From the NCBI RefSeq assembly GCF_902713615.1, contig NC_052150.1, positions 9,014,000 through 9,077,999 on the forward strand: a stretch of DNA of 64,000 nt, in the 5' to 3' direction. Each line of letters begins with the position of its first letter. The first letter of the stretch is position 1. Below are positions 38,270 through 51,730 of this stretch, piece by piece. Below the pieces are notes generated by a model. That model ran no database searches. It saw only the letters and a list, made by a program, of their open reading frames with translations, and was not told the DNA's origin. Source of the stretch: Scyliorhinus canicula. Taxonomy: Eukaryota. The position numbers were made by a program, and so were the translations under genes.

Positions 38270-38359
38270 ACCCAACCCTCACTATCCTCCCATTCTGCCT
38301 ACCTCATCTCAGCCTTTCAGCATATCTTTCTATTCCCCTTTCATCTGTGTTCATCTGGA

Positions 38360-38675
38360 ATCATAGAATAGAATCACTACAGTGCAGAAGGAGGCCATTG
38401 AGTCTGTACCGACCCTCTGAAAGATCATCCTACACAGACCCACATCACCCTATCCCCGTAACCCCACCTAACCTGTTGGACACTATGGGGCAATTTAGCA
38501 TGGCCAATCCACCTAACCTGCACATCTTTGGACTGGGAGGAAACCGGAGCACCCGGGAGAAACCCATGCAGACACTGGAAGAACGTACGAGCTCCACACA
38601 GACAGTCACCCAAAGCTGGAATTGAACCCAGGTCCTTGATGCTGTGAGGCAGCAGTGATAACCACTGTGCTGCCC
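38360..38675 (-). mobile_element. HE1/V-SINE
   Basis: Full-length antisense copy; inverted relative to the adjacent SINE at 37980. Confidence 0.9.
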
Positions 38676-39757
38676 TTTTTTCCTTTTTTGCACATCCAAG
38701 GCATTTTACCTCAACCACTTCCTGCATTCCACACTCTGAGTAAGGAAATTTCTCCTCACTTCCTTGTTGGTTTGTTAATTAATACCGTGTGTGTGTGTGC
38801 ATGCGTGCGTGTATATATGGCCCTTCACTTTGGTCTCTTCCACAATTGGGAACGTTCTATTCACATCTACTTGGCCCGACCTAGTCATAATTTTAAGACC
38901 TGTTTCAGGGCACTCGATCTTTTTGCTAAACAGGAAAGTGCTAATCTATTCAATCATTCCTGATCTCTGTGCTGTTTTTGGCCTTGTAAATCTTTTTTTA
39001 TTATTATTATTCCTTTGTTCCTGTGCAACGCTCACTGTCAAGAAAGTATTTTGATTTATTTGTCGTAGATACAGCCCCGCATTGAACTTCCTCCCATTGC
39101 TGTTCTCGTCCTCCTGATATAAAGGCTAGCGTTCCATTAGCCTTTGATGATTGCTTTATACCTGACTGCAATTTGGTGATCTGTATACATGAACCTTCTT
39201 TTACAAGTACTCTGATCTGTCCTATGGTTCAATTGGACATTCACCTCCATTAAATTCTACCTGTCGCAGGTTTTTCCCATTCTCTTGATCTATCACTTTG
39301 TTGCTGCTTGAACGCCATGAGAACTTGATTGATACTTTACCAATTAGACTGATGTGTCTCATTTTCTGAATAATGTGCGACCACTTATTGCTACCTCAGG
39401 ATAAAATATAATAGTGTAATTGAGACTTTAGTAAATGTTTGTGCCCTCTCATTAAATCTGAGATGGTTCAAGTTCTCAGCATTGTGCCAAAAACAGAATC
39501 AAATCCTGGCTTCCTAATGTTGCTAACTGTTCTCTGATGAGCAAATAAAGTCCACAGACTTTCAAAACCTGAGAATAGTTACCAAGGCAATGGAGCTTTG
39601 TGCATCTTCCTGTGTATAAGCTGCAACTTGCAGTGTAATTTGCTGCTTGAGCATCCCAGTGATAGACCAAGAGCAGTTTAAAGCACACAAATGGAATTGG
39701 AGAATTGAAATTTTTAAAATGACATGAACGTAAAATTTGACCCTCTTCTTTTGGTAG

Positions 39758-39847
39758 ATCGAGCTGGCAGTATAAGCACCCTAGATTCTTTGGATTTTGC
39801 TCGGTATTCTGATGATGGAAATCGGGAGACTGATGAACGGGTGGCAG
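39758..39847 (+). CDS. RELCH: RELCH exon 2 (90 bp): (N)RAGSISTLDSLDFARYSDDGNRETDERVA
   Basis: tag|AT acceptor and G|gtaagc donor; almost identical to the human peptide; phase 1-1. Confidence 0.98.
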
Positions 39848-42244
39848 GTAAGCATCATCTCACACACCTTGGCATAAACATATTAACATATCTCCGATAG
39901 CGTGCTCCAAATTCTTGGCAGATGTGACAACGTTTGTGATTGAATCCTGTTTAGGCTGGACAAATCTCTTATTTTATCCGTTTTCTCCTGATGTTCAGTG
40001 AAGGAATTGCAGGTTAAGCAAATTGTTTCAAATGTACCTTCCCGCCCTTCAATTTTGCCAACCTCTTTCAACGTTCCAAAGAGGGTTGATGTTCAAAGGT
40101 TCACGATGAAAGTTTCTCTTTCAAAGTTTATTTACATAACACTGCAGTTAGTTTAAAACCAAATGTCAGCAACATGAGATGGTGGCTTGACTAGCAGTTT
40201 TCAATTTCCATTTCAAGTAAAGTTGGTCATTGGATGGTCCTTAACCAATAACGTTTGGTCTGAAGGAGGGAAACTGACTGACGGGCCCTTTCAGTGCCCA
40301 ACTTTGTTTCATTTGTTTGAGCCATGAATAAACATTTGGGTGTGTTGATAGAGAACGGTATGAAAATTTGAAAGATAAATATTTACTGCCTTGGCCTCCA
40401 TCTTACGAAAACATATTTATTTGCTGTAGGACACTTTAGCGAAGGTGTACTCTGAATGGAACGTAAATTTTATAGTGGCTGCCAAAGAATAAACACATTA
40501 CAGAGAAAATAACCATGACAATTATAGCACTGGTAGGAAGGAATGCTTAACAAAGATTGATATCAAAATTGTATTCGGCACTGAAAAGATTAAGTATTGA
40601 AAATGCAGTATCTTCATCTAACATATTCTAACTTTGCAATTCAGCATTCAAATGAAGCCCAATCCCATTTTAGCACGTGCAGGAATAATTGGAAAAGCTG
40701 GTGACATATTGAGTACGACATAATCCTGCACTGCCTGCAGTAATGAGAATTTATTGAAGTGTCTAACTCTTTTTATATGAATTGGCAGGCCTGCTAAATT
40801 GTGCAATTTACACATTATTGTAGCTAAACTTGGGAGTTAAGTGCTTCTCTGTTCCTTTTGAGATATCAAATACTGGAGCATTTAATGGCTGGAGATCAGC
40901 AAGGGTGTTTATTGTTTTTTGAGAACATCGTAGCTGATCAAATGTTTCATTTGCTGAATAACCTAAATGAGGATTTGTCCAGCCAAGATTATGCATTTTA
41001 GCAAGTAATGTCTTCTATTTTGACTGCAAGAGAAGAATGGGACATAGTATTTCTCTTACTTTCCCTTTCTGGCTTACCAATTGACACTGGACTTTCTGCT
41101 TGTGTCACCTTGCAGTTAAAAAGGCAAATACTTTCTCCTTGTTTTGGTGTTATGTTACCCACCATGGCACTCTTGTCCTTTCACTGCAGCGCAAAACACC
41201 GGCTCCCTTTGTTCCTGAAATAGTTCCTGGTCTGTTTCCATAATGAACCTTTCCAACTTTGAGTAGAAGTCTGGATGGTGGGTTTCATAGTGGGAAAATA
41301 CAGTACTGGTACTGAGATATTTCCAAATAGAGCGGAAATTTATTTTTCTATAACTTAACAAAAAAGGCCACCTTAGACAGGAGAACGCAATATTTCCTTT
41401 TGCCTCTTCTCACACGCCCCATTTCCCCCAACCCATCTCCAGTCTGCTTGTGTTTTAAATATTTGCACACATGGACGATATTGTTGAACAAAGAAAAAAA
41501 CATGATTAACATTGCAGGTGGAGAATATTTTAAAGAGACCCCAGATTTATCTGGATGCGCCTGCCTTACTGTAAATTGGACATGGGGATGAATTTCCAGC
41601 TGTCAGTTCATTCATCGCCCTGCTGGTGTTGACTGTCAACAGAGACTTCTCTAGATGCGGCCCTCCTTGATAAGTCCCTTCTTGATAAGTTACAAAATGA
41701 AGTGTGTCATTGGTGAATCTGGACAGTTGATAGCTGCGATAATCCGTCTTATTATTTCCCAACTAAAGTTAAAGGCTGACATTTTGCATCAAGTTACACA
41801 AAGCTCAATCTCCAAGTAACATGAATGGTATATTGTGCATTTCAGTAGGTGGATGCAATAGTTCATATTGGGAATTTCAATATGTTTGACTTCATTATTT
41901 AACTTGGGACTGTAACCTGTTTGAGCTTACAAAATTGGGAAGTGAAACGGAAGATCTTTTCAATGCTCTAAGTATGTACTGCAGATGGGACATCACTGGC
42001 TAGCATTTGGACAAGTTTTTAATCAGAAATATTGTTTCTCCAAGTTGAAATGTGACGGTTCAATTGTGCTTGCTCTCGGGGATGAATTGCAGTTGAAATA
42101 CTTGACCTTTTATGCTGTGTGCTACCAAAACTAACGCCCCGAGTTCCTGAGATGTGGGTCTCATGCAGCCACTGCAACTCTGACACAATCCTGCAAGGGC
42201 TTCCCCAAGTCCATCAGCCAGAGGTCTGTCTTTTTTTAAAAAGT

Positions 42245-42510
42245 ACTTTTATTCAAAATGTTTAACATTTAAAGCACACAACAGTACAAAGTAAAACCAA
42301 CACAAAACCTCAACCCCCCCCCCCCAGCAAATTTCACCTTTTCCAAGTGCAGGAACTCCATTAGATCCCCTAGCCACACCGACGCACAGGGTGGAGAAAC
42401 TGACCTCTGCCCCAACTGGACCCGCCTGCAAGCGATCAATGAGGCGAAGCCTAAAACATCTGCTCCTCTCCCATCTGTAACTCCGGCTAGTTCGGCACTC
42501 CGAATATGGT
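42245..42510 (-). mobile_element. L1/Tx1 LINE 3' fragment
   Basis: Minus translation IFGVP..PELQMG.GADVLGFASLIACRRVQLG, then a T/G-rich 3' UTR and AATAAA. A similar 3' UTR lies at about 25375-25590. Confidence 0.7.
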
Positions 42511-44549
42511 CCCTAATCTTCTTGATTAATAAGAGGATCAGGGGTTATGGGGAGAAGGCAGGAGAACGGGGATGAGAAAATATCAGCCATGATTGAATGG
42601 CGGAGCAGACTCAATGGGCTGAGTGGCCTAATTCTGCTCCTATGTCTTATGATCTCATGGGACTGAGCTCTAAATCCAGAGGGCTTTTATCTTTAACCCA
42701 ATTTTGATACTGTGGATGATCAACAAATCCAGGCAACTTTGCTTTAGGTTGCAGCCAACCACCTGGGACCCAGTGCCTCTGGAGCCAGCAATGCAGGTAT
42801 GGGTTGTGTGTTTAAGTCGGATTGCGTAGAGTGCTTCCAGGAAAACCTCAGTGCTGGGATGATGGCAGGAAAGCAGTTCAACAGCTGGTGGCTTTGGAAA
42901 CCAAGTGAGGCAGGCCACAATCCAGTGGGAAAGTAGGAAGTGTTGACCAGTGCTCGCATCGGCTTCAGAACAGTCTTGCCAGCTGGACTGTTGAGGACCG
43001 CAGAGGAAGGAAGATGGGATATGATGTACACTTTAAACAATCAGGAATTTGCGTACCAATGGAAGCTTTGACGGTAATATATTTTCCATAAAACATTTTT
43101 TTGCTTTAAGCTATTTAAATTGTTTATCAAAGATTATTGGAGGCAAGGGGCATTACTGCAAATTGTGTAACGAAAGACCATTCATTTCTAAATGACCTGT
43201 AATTGAAGATCTTGGGATCACAAATGTACCACAGCCATGCTGGAAAGGCATGTTTGTTCATCGGCATGAGTAAGAACAGCTGCCTGGGGATGCTTTCTTT
43301 TTCAAATATTTTTCCGAGGAAGGGGCGACATGTTTGCAAGTCTTTTTAAACTCCTGTACATCTATTGAGTTTTAAACAGTCCTGGTTCCTAGATCAAATA
43401 TATTCAAGTATGGCATACTTATAAAATACCTACACTGAACAACCATTAAAGTGAGTACCCAAGTATGGGTATATTTTAGAGAAATTGAAAAGTTCCATAA
43501 ATTATACTGCAAAAATGACATGTGAATCAGACTTGTTTTTTTTCAGGATTGGAATTCATTTTGGATGTGAAATAATAAACAGGCGAGCTATCGTGATCTA
43601 AACCAATCCACAGAAAAGATGCATGTTTATAGCTCAAAATTTATAATTATTTGTCCACTGGTGTGATTGAAATAAAGACTACCGTAATGCTATGTAACCT
43701 AAAGTGACTGGTACTTTATTCTGAGGTCTCTTTAAAACGCTTGCCAATAAGCATTGGATTTACGAATATAATAGCAAACTTGAAAAACATGCAGCAGACC
43801 AAGATCTATTTCAGAGGTTAATAGCTGAAAGCAGGCTGGTGTTTCAATGTTTAAAACCAGCAACATGTCCATGATGGTGCTACACCTGTATACCTACACC
43901 TGCATCAACATTCATCAGTGTTGAGTTGTTGCTGTAACCTGATCTCTATATGATCCCTTTCTGTTTCACCAGTATTATGTTCCTATATGTTTGTAGTTTA
44001 TTGATGCTGAACCTTGCTGTTTACAACATGCTCCTGCATCTGTGAAATTCTGTAGTTTCTTTCCAGTTCCATCCATTTCAATTAGTTGTTCTGCACTGTT
44101 GATCTGCGTTATTGGAAAAGTAGCCAAATTATCATTGTAGTTTGCTAAAATTATGTACTCCTAAAGTAAGCCCCAATCTCAATAGTTCTTGACTTCATTA
44201 CTGGAAGCAAAGTGACAATGGTTGAACAACGATATTCTCTTGTTCCATCACAAAATCCATTCCCAACAAGGGGCACCTGCCTCTCCCATTACTCTGCAAT
44301 ACAGTTGAGCTGGGGTTTGAGTGAATAAGTAGAGGAATAGCATAGCACACAGTTTCCCAAATACATGGCGTTGCCATAACTAATAAATTGAATTTCTTTT
44401 AATCTCTATGATCTGGTCTAAACTAGTGGAAGATCAGCTACAAATCTGCTAATTGAATGATTTTCATGAAAGACCTTTGGTTGCTGTTCAACTGATGCAT
44501 GTCTCAATTTTAGATCTGTTAAGTAATTAAAAATAACCACTGAAGTTAA

Positions 44550-44848
44550 TTGTTGGAGGTGCCCTGTCTGCCATTCGGTAGATGTTAAAGAAAATCACAC
44601 AGCGCTGTCCTGAAGAAGAGCACAGGGGAATTAACCCTGGTGACCTGGACAATATTTATCCCTCAAACAACATCAATAAAACAGATTGCTCATTATCACA
44701 TTGATGTTGTTGGAGTTTGCTGTGTGCAAATTGGCTGCTGCCTTCCCCACATTACAACAGTGACCGTACTTCAAAAGTATTTGATTGGCTGTTAAGCGCT
44801 TTGGAAAGTCCTTTGATTGTGAAGGGCACTATATAAATGCAAGTCGTC
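44550..44848 (+). mobile_element. SacSINE1/DeuSINE-like body and tail
   Basis: GAAGAAGAGCACAGGGGAATT..CCTGGTGACCTGGACAATATTTATCCCTCAA...GCTGTGTGCAAATTGGCTGC...GCACTATATAAATGCAAG. Confidence 0.85.
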
Positions 44849-45360
44849 TTGTGGGAATTTATGTATGTGAATGATGGATGCAGTTGTACTTCAAGTATAA
44901 ATTTTCTCTACCTTCCCCTCTGTCAAACAGCCTACTGGTCGTTCTTCTCAAGTACTTTCACATAAATCAAAGCCTTATTAAATACTTTGAGAATTGAAAA
45001 TAGCCTGCTTTAAATCTAACTAGTGACTTAAAATTAACTAATTTAATCTTTAAAGTTGATTAACTTTTTTGAATTGTTAGAATTAATTAATCTTCCTCGT
45101 TTTCCAAAGCTTTTACCATTCCGCACCCAGCCCCCGCCCACACATCACTCAAGCTTGCAAAACACACAAATTGCTTGGGAGTTCATTTGCAAATGTTTAT
45201 AAATCTCAAATAAAGCAAGGAAATCCATTTCCTGGGGATATTTATACTTGGGACTTCTGCTCAGCATTGTAATGAATGCTGGTTTAAAACTACGAATGAA
45301 TTTGTCTTAATGGGACTATTAAGAGATTCCCGGTATAAAACTGTAGTCAATTTAGTTTGT

Positions 45361-45566
45361 TTTTTAAAAAATAAATTTAGAGTACCCAATTCATTTCTTT
45401 TCCAATTAAGGGCAATTTAGCATGGCCAATCCACCTACCCGGCACATCTTTGGGTTGTGGGGGTGAGACCCATGCAGACACGGGGAGTGACCCAGGGCTG
45501 GGATCGAACCTGGGCCCTCGGCACCGTGAGGCAGCAGTGCTAACCACTGCACCACCATGCTGCCCA
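45361..45566 (-). mobile_element. V-SINE, short-tail variant
   Basis: As 7405-7630; further copies at 56753-56968, 59985-60103 and 61213-61407 (+). Confidence 0.9.
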
Positions 45567-48500
45567 ATATGGCTCTTTGTAGAAAGGAAAATTTTACAAG
45601 AGAGTATGAAACCTTAAAAAATATTCTAGGTGTGGAAAATCGTTTTAATTACTTTAGGTTGGTTTTAATTAAATTGGAATTTTGCATAAGTAGTAAGGCT
45701 AGCAAATTCTAAATCTTTCATTTAACGCGCTGGGTTTAATCCCAACACCCTAGTGCTTGGCATGGTCCGCAATCAGCAAAAATAATTTTGCCACATTGGC
45801 TGAAATTGGTTCACATTTTGTCTTTCTTAGGACGTAAATCACATGGTCCTCTACCTAATGTGTTGGCTGCATGATTCTGTCGCACTGGTCCTCATTATTG
45901 CAGGCATTCTTAGTGACCTTCTGAAATCAGCATTTCACCAATTTAAATGTAAAGAATGGCCTTGTGTAAAATGTGTGAACATTTTGCTGGAGCATGGACT
46001 GTGTAAGCACTAATTAGTAATTCGGTTCCACAACAGCGTAAATAGTGTTCCTTAAAGGACCGCTGGAAGGTGTTGTAGAAAAATAAAGGGTACCCCTCCT
46101 ATAACTCTATTGCTAGTTTGCGCACTCCTCTTCCAAGGCATTTTCCTCTCTTTTTCAACCTTCTCCTTCCCACCATTTCCTCCTGTATTCCAATCTAACC
46201 AACCACTTTGCCTCTGATTTTCCCAAAGTTATGTAATTAGTGCCAATGTTTCAAAATATGCCAGCTTCATTATTTATTCGGTGTGATTAGATTAATGTTG
46301 ACACCTAACAGAAGAGCTGAACAGTTGGCATATTTATATTGCGAGAGAGAAATGTCTGAAAATGTTCGACGTTGAGGGCAGGATCCTGCTAATACTACAC
46401 ATAACTGGCAACTTTCCTAATATGGCATGGCTGATTGTCTATCTGTTGTGCAACTCATTCAAATTCAATGGGATGAAAATTGTATGAATTCTACCTCGAG
46501 CAAACAACCTGCATCTATATAGCGCCTTTAACACTGCAGATTGTCCCAAGACTCATTACAGGAGCGCCATCAAACAACATTTGACATGGAACTGCAAAAT
46601 GAGATATTAAAACAGGTGACCAGAGGCTTGGTCAACCATCTGGATTTTAAAGAGCAACTTAAAGAAGGAAAGAATGGTTTTAGGGAGGAAATTCTCGAGC
46701 TTGGGCCTCAGCCAGCTGAAGGGTAACAATGGTGGAGTGATTAAAATCAGGGACTCACAAGTGTTCAGATAATCGGCCACACAATAACATTGAAAATTGC
46801 CCCATTATTTTAGGAGATTTGCTTTGCAAACTTTATCTGTTGTTTACAGCATCATTTCTAGTCCTCCACTGTGTCCAGTGCAGTTTGTAGGACTGACACA
46901 ATACTGCTGTCAATGTTTAACGGCAGTCACCATTTATGTAAGTATTTAACTTACATGTATGCTCACAGTTCCCCTTTTATCCAAAGTGGGTGGAGGACAT
47001 TAGCATAGATGCAGAATGCTGCTTTTGTTTTGATGGGCTGGAGAATGTGGCAGGACAGGAAAGAAAGCGATAGTTAACTACAAAGTCATTTGCAGGATAG
47101 ACCATCTTTCCGAAAAGCAGGTTTGAGCTTTCAAATCTCCAAACACCATTTGCACTCCATACGGTGTAGACCCTGTAGATCAACAATGCAATAGAATACT
47201 GTCTAGCCCATGCTTTATATCTGTATATCAGCTCTTGATCTGTGCGTACATAATTTCATGAGAAGCACGGTAGGTTATGTCAGCGCACTTCAAGACCTAA
47301 TTAGATAGTTTTGATTTTGGTCTAAACTGAAGCTTTACCATGATTTGTTGACTGTTTGAAACTGTGTGAATTTTTTCCATACTGTTTTTACTTTAGACAG
47401 TGCTTTTCATTGTTTGGCATTAAAAATGTCAGTGAAACATAATACAGTACAGTTGCGGTTGACAGGCATTTAAGATCAATGGAGACAATAACAATACTGC
47501 TTGATTTTTTTTTTCAGGAGAGGTGGGGGAAGCATCTTAGTAACTCTGCAGTGGGGGATTAACAGCTGATGTCAGATGGAAGTCCCTGACAGAATAGTTA
47601 TATTATACTTGGGTTCTTAATGGGGAGAAAAAGTAGCCATTTCTTGCTCTTTTTATGTTCTCATCGCTGAGTTGCATGTGAACAATGTTGTGTAACAGGA
47701 AATATCTAAGTAATTTATACCTATTAAATGTAAATTAACTTTTGCACTGTGGTTCAAGAAAAAAATCTTTGCAGTATGCGAGATTGATAATGGCCCCTTG
47801 TATATTAAGCATCTGGACGTACATGGGCTGATGTTATGATAAGTAATGTGGCTTGGAGTTTCCGTTCAATTGTGTGTTTTTTGGGAGCAGTTTCCCAGCT
47901 ATTTTGTATTATCCAAGTGAAGGATTGCAGAACTTTAATCGCAAATCTAGTTTTCACATTCTTTGTGTTAGTTTTAAAGGCGGCTCACTAGAAGCTGGCC
48001 CTGCCTACAAAACTGGTCACACCCATAGTGAGTTAATTTGAGTTGAGAGTTTGACTAATCACCCTTGTTTACAGGCCTTTGAGGAGAATACAAAACGTAA
48101 ACTGTTACCATTGAGTCAGGAACTGTATAAATCACGTTTTGAATGAATTATTTCTTTAAATTTACCGAGGAACGGACTACTGTACCCCAATCTAATCAAA
48201 AAATCGGTTTGTATATCCTTTTACAAACTAAATGGGTTCCTCACAAGTGTAGATTGACAGGGATTTAAAATGCATATTTTTCTTGAACCCTTGGCTGCCT
48301 GAATCAACTTTTACCAAGTTAACACTCGTAAATATGTCAACAAATAATTCAAAAAGCAAAATTTTTCAAAAAGATTTTTAAATGCTGCCCATTTGCACCA
48401 GGTCAGGATTCATTTTGCATCCAGCGATTATGTAAATGAGCAGAAACCTGGGCCCTTAAAATGGGTGCAATCTGGTCTTGAACGGCCAATGTGGTAATTC

Positions 48501-49860
48501 TACATCCTGGGGGTGAGTCTTTATTAGCTGCCCCTACAAAAAATGTGTTTGATAAACTAACTGTAGCATCACTTTTTTTGATATTTGCCCAGCCATTCAT
48601 TTTCTTTGAACTTCCGCAAGGCTTTTGACACTGGATTGGGCCCATTGGTGTAAATGTTTCTCCAAACCTTACTATTAACATTGCTGCTTGCCACCCACTG
48701 CACCTCGGGGATGCAACTAGATGTTTCCCCTTCCTCTATATTTGCGATTGGAAGCAAATCTCTGTATAATCAGAGGCCTTGGGTTTCAAGCTGGTGCAAT
48801 CGCTCCCACCCAGAATTTCATAGTTTTATTAAAAGCCACAGAAGATTTATCTCACAGATGATGTTTAAAGATGTGTTTTTCCTGTCCAGCAGGGCAATTA
48901 TTTGTATCAACCCATAAACAATTTAAAGTTTTTAAGTATACAATCTGAAATCTGTAAAAAGAAAAGCAAATGACCTCCGGCTAAAGTTCTCCCATTTCTG
49001 TTTCTCCTCAAGCTGGAAATTGTGATATGAATTTTGCCCATTTTTGCTGGAATAAGTGCATATCATTCTGACAGCATAGTGCTCACAGGATATAATAAAA
49101 CTATATTTGGCGACAAAACCAATCTTGTTAACCGTGGCAATTCAAACACACAATCGTGTACTCCTGGATGATGGCATGTTACAAAATGGAGTATGACCGT
49201 GCATTGCTCAATTGGACTATATGTTTCTCCTGCCTCAATCGTAAGGAAATTGTGCTGAGCAACTTGTTGCCAGACATGCCTTTCAGAAGATAATGTGATC
49301 TCTGCATTGATAGAATGGAAGGTAACAGCAGCCAAGACCTTATATTTATAAGGTCAAAAAGGCTGCTAGCAAGATCATTGTTATCGACTGGTATGCAGCG
49401 AACTACAATAGGTTAAATCTGTACTAACAAGGGAAGTAGAAAGACTTTATGGGAAGCTAACTGGGACTCTGGTTGGAAGTGCTGGTTCCCTAAAATGAAG
49501 CAAGCCTGTATAACTAAAACTAAAAACCAAGTAAGTAATTTCTTACCGAAATAAGCAAAATATGGACCAGGAATTTAAAAATGCACATTTTAGAATGGTG
49601 TCACAGTATGTCCACGTGATTTGTTAGTCACGCCAACCTGCCTTAAACTGTCATTCCATCAGTGTCTTACAAAAACTGATGCTGGTAAAATTACCCATCA
49701 AATCCAGAAGTGTGCCTGCTCGCACTTGAAGGTTTTAAATATTAAGAAATGCATAGAAAGCTGTCATGTTTCCTCAGCACCACATTGCATTATATCACAC
49801 CTGATATTCAAACCAATAGCCATGTTCTAAATGTGCAGAGCCAGTTGAGTATAAGAAAGA

Positions 49861-50715
49861 GGGTTTGGTACGTTTCGGCGTGGCCAGTTCGGCGTGGCCA
49901 GTTCGGCGTAGCCGATTCGACGGAGGAATTTTTCGGCGGAGGGACGTTTCGGCGTCAAATTAGTTATAGTCGCAAAATGTTTGTGCAGCCCATATCCTTT
50001 AATTAACATTAAACTCTTAAAGAAAGCCGGTGTTACTGAAAGTATTGAAGCAGCTGCCCAGTGATCTACACTGCTGTCTGACTTAACACATTGTGTAAAG
50101 TCACAATATCTTCAGTAACACCGGCTGTATAAAGTCAGACCCGGCTTGGTGCTCCGCGGGGGAGCTTATGGACCCCAACTGTCAGTTGTGTCAATTTCAG
50201 CGGCCGGCTCACTTTGATCCGGAGAGGGAAGCTGCTCTCTCACTGAAACAATCAGCTGGCCGCTGAAATTGACACTGCCGGCTGCTCTCTCCCTCCAATC
50301 AGAAACATTAAAACTTAAAAGTTGGATTGGAGGGAGAGAGCAGCCGGCAGTGTCAATTTCAGCGGCCGCTGATTGCTTCAGTGAGAGAGCAGCTTCCCTC
50401 TCCGGCCGCTGAAATTGACACTGTTTTAATTAGATCCACGATGGGGGTTTTAAATTTATTTAAAAATCTATGCTAGCGCTTCCCATTGTGAGTCTACGGG
50501 GGTCTGACCTCTCCCCCCGCCCCCAGTAGACTTTCAATGGGAAGTGCTAGCATAGATTTTTAAATAAATTTAAAACCCCCATCTTGACGTCCCTCCGCCG
50601 AAAAACTCCTCCGCCGAATCGGCCACGCCGAAACGTCCCATTCCAATCGGCTACGCCGAACTGGCCCCGCCGAATCGGCCACGTCGAACTGGCCACGCCA
50701 AAACGTCCCATCCCC
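49861..50715. mobile_element. Non-autonomous Mutator/foldback-like DNA transposon (855 bp)
   Basis: 9-bp TSD TAAGAAAGA (49852-49860 and 50716-50724); ~100-130-bp TIRs starting GGG and built of ~15-bp sub-repeats TTCGGCGTGGCCAGT; three internal inverted repeats. Confidence 0.88.
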
Positions 50716-51351
50716 TAAGAAAGAATGGGGCCGTTGTCATCACATGGTGCACTAAACTTCAGTACATGGGCACAATGGCGGTAACTGTAAACAGGGTCCT
50801 GTATTCTGCAAATGGAGTTTTATTTTGAAATGCTATTATGTTGTGTTGTGTACATTCACCGTCTTTTCAGGGTTGATGCATAGTTTACTTCAGAAGAGCA
50901 AAGAGCTCTTGAGTTTAATTTGCAATTGTTGCTGATGATGCTGATTTTATACTTGCCGGAATTATCCCTGTGGTGCATTTTAATTAATTCGTAAATTTGG
51001 AATATTTTGCTCAAGCTTTCTGCATATGGTATCTGCTTTGGTGGAAGCAATGGGTGCTTTAGGGATAGTATCGATATTTCTCTCAGTGGCAAAAATGTAA
51101 CTGTTTTCATTGGCAAAACTTTTTAAAAACAAATTGAAGATCTGGATCAATTGCATTGTACGTTAAAGTATGGAAAAAATCTCACCAAACTATTCTTATG
51201 CAAACTCTACTGCATGTATTCACAAGATTCCATAAATCGCATGCGTTCTGTTTTCAAAACTGTTTTCTTTTATTTTCACACCCATCCTTGTTTTTATTTT
51301 TCCTTTTTCTTGGTTGGATTCCTCTGTGTGTTTAATGCAATCCCTGTCCAG

Positions 51352-51423
51352 TCCTGGAATTTGAACTGCGGAAAGCCAAGGAGACCATTCAGTCCCTTCG
51401 TGCCAACCTGACACACGCTGCAG
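51352..51423 (+). CDS. RELCH: RELCH exon 3 (72 bp): VLEFELRKAKETIQSLRANLTHAA
   Basis: cag|TC acceptor and G|gtggtg donor; coiled-coil peptide matching human VLEFELRKAKETIQALRANLTKAA. Confidence 0.97.
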
Positions 51424-51529
51424 GTGGTGTACATTATACTTTCTTCTCTTTCTACTTTCATAATGCATAAACAAGCCTGGAACATTTAACATCCATGTAA
51501 ATCTATTTTTGCTTTTTCAGCCTTCGCAG

Positions 51530-51585
51530 AAAGCGATGTTCCTTTACAGGAACGGAAAAATTATAAATCCAGCCCTGAAATTCAG
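51530..51585 (+). CDS. RELCH: RELCH exon 4 (56 bp; 65 bp from an alternative acceptor at 51521): ESDVPLQERKNYKSSPEIQ
   Basis: Matches human EHEVPLQERKNYKSSPEIQ; donor CAG|gtaaga. Confidence 0.96.
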
Positions 51586-51730
51586 GTAAGATTTCATGGG
51601 AGAGTATTTGACTACGCCCTCGTCAGATTAATTGTTTGCAACTGATGTGTTTTGCGTGTCCTGTGATAAATCACTAAACTTTCTTGCTTCCATGCAGAGG
51701 TAAGTAGTGTTTCCCCTTGGTATCTTTTTT

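Noticed and set aside
48403-48917. Cluster of short ORFs, considered as a possible endogenous viral fragment
   Set aside because: No recognisable protein motif in any frame; more likely decayed DNA-transposon or neutral sequence.
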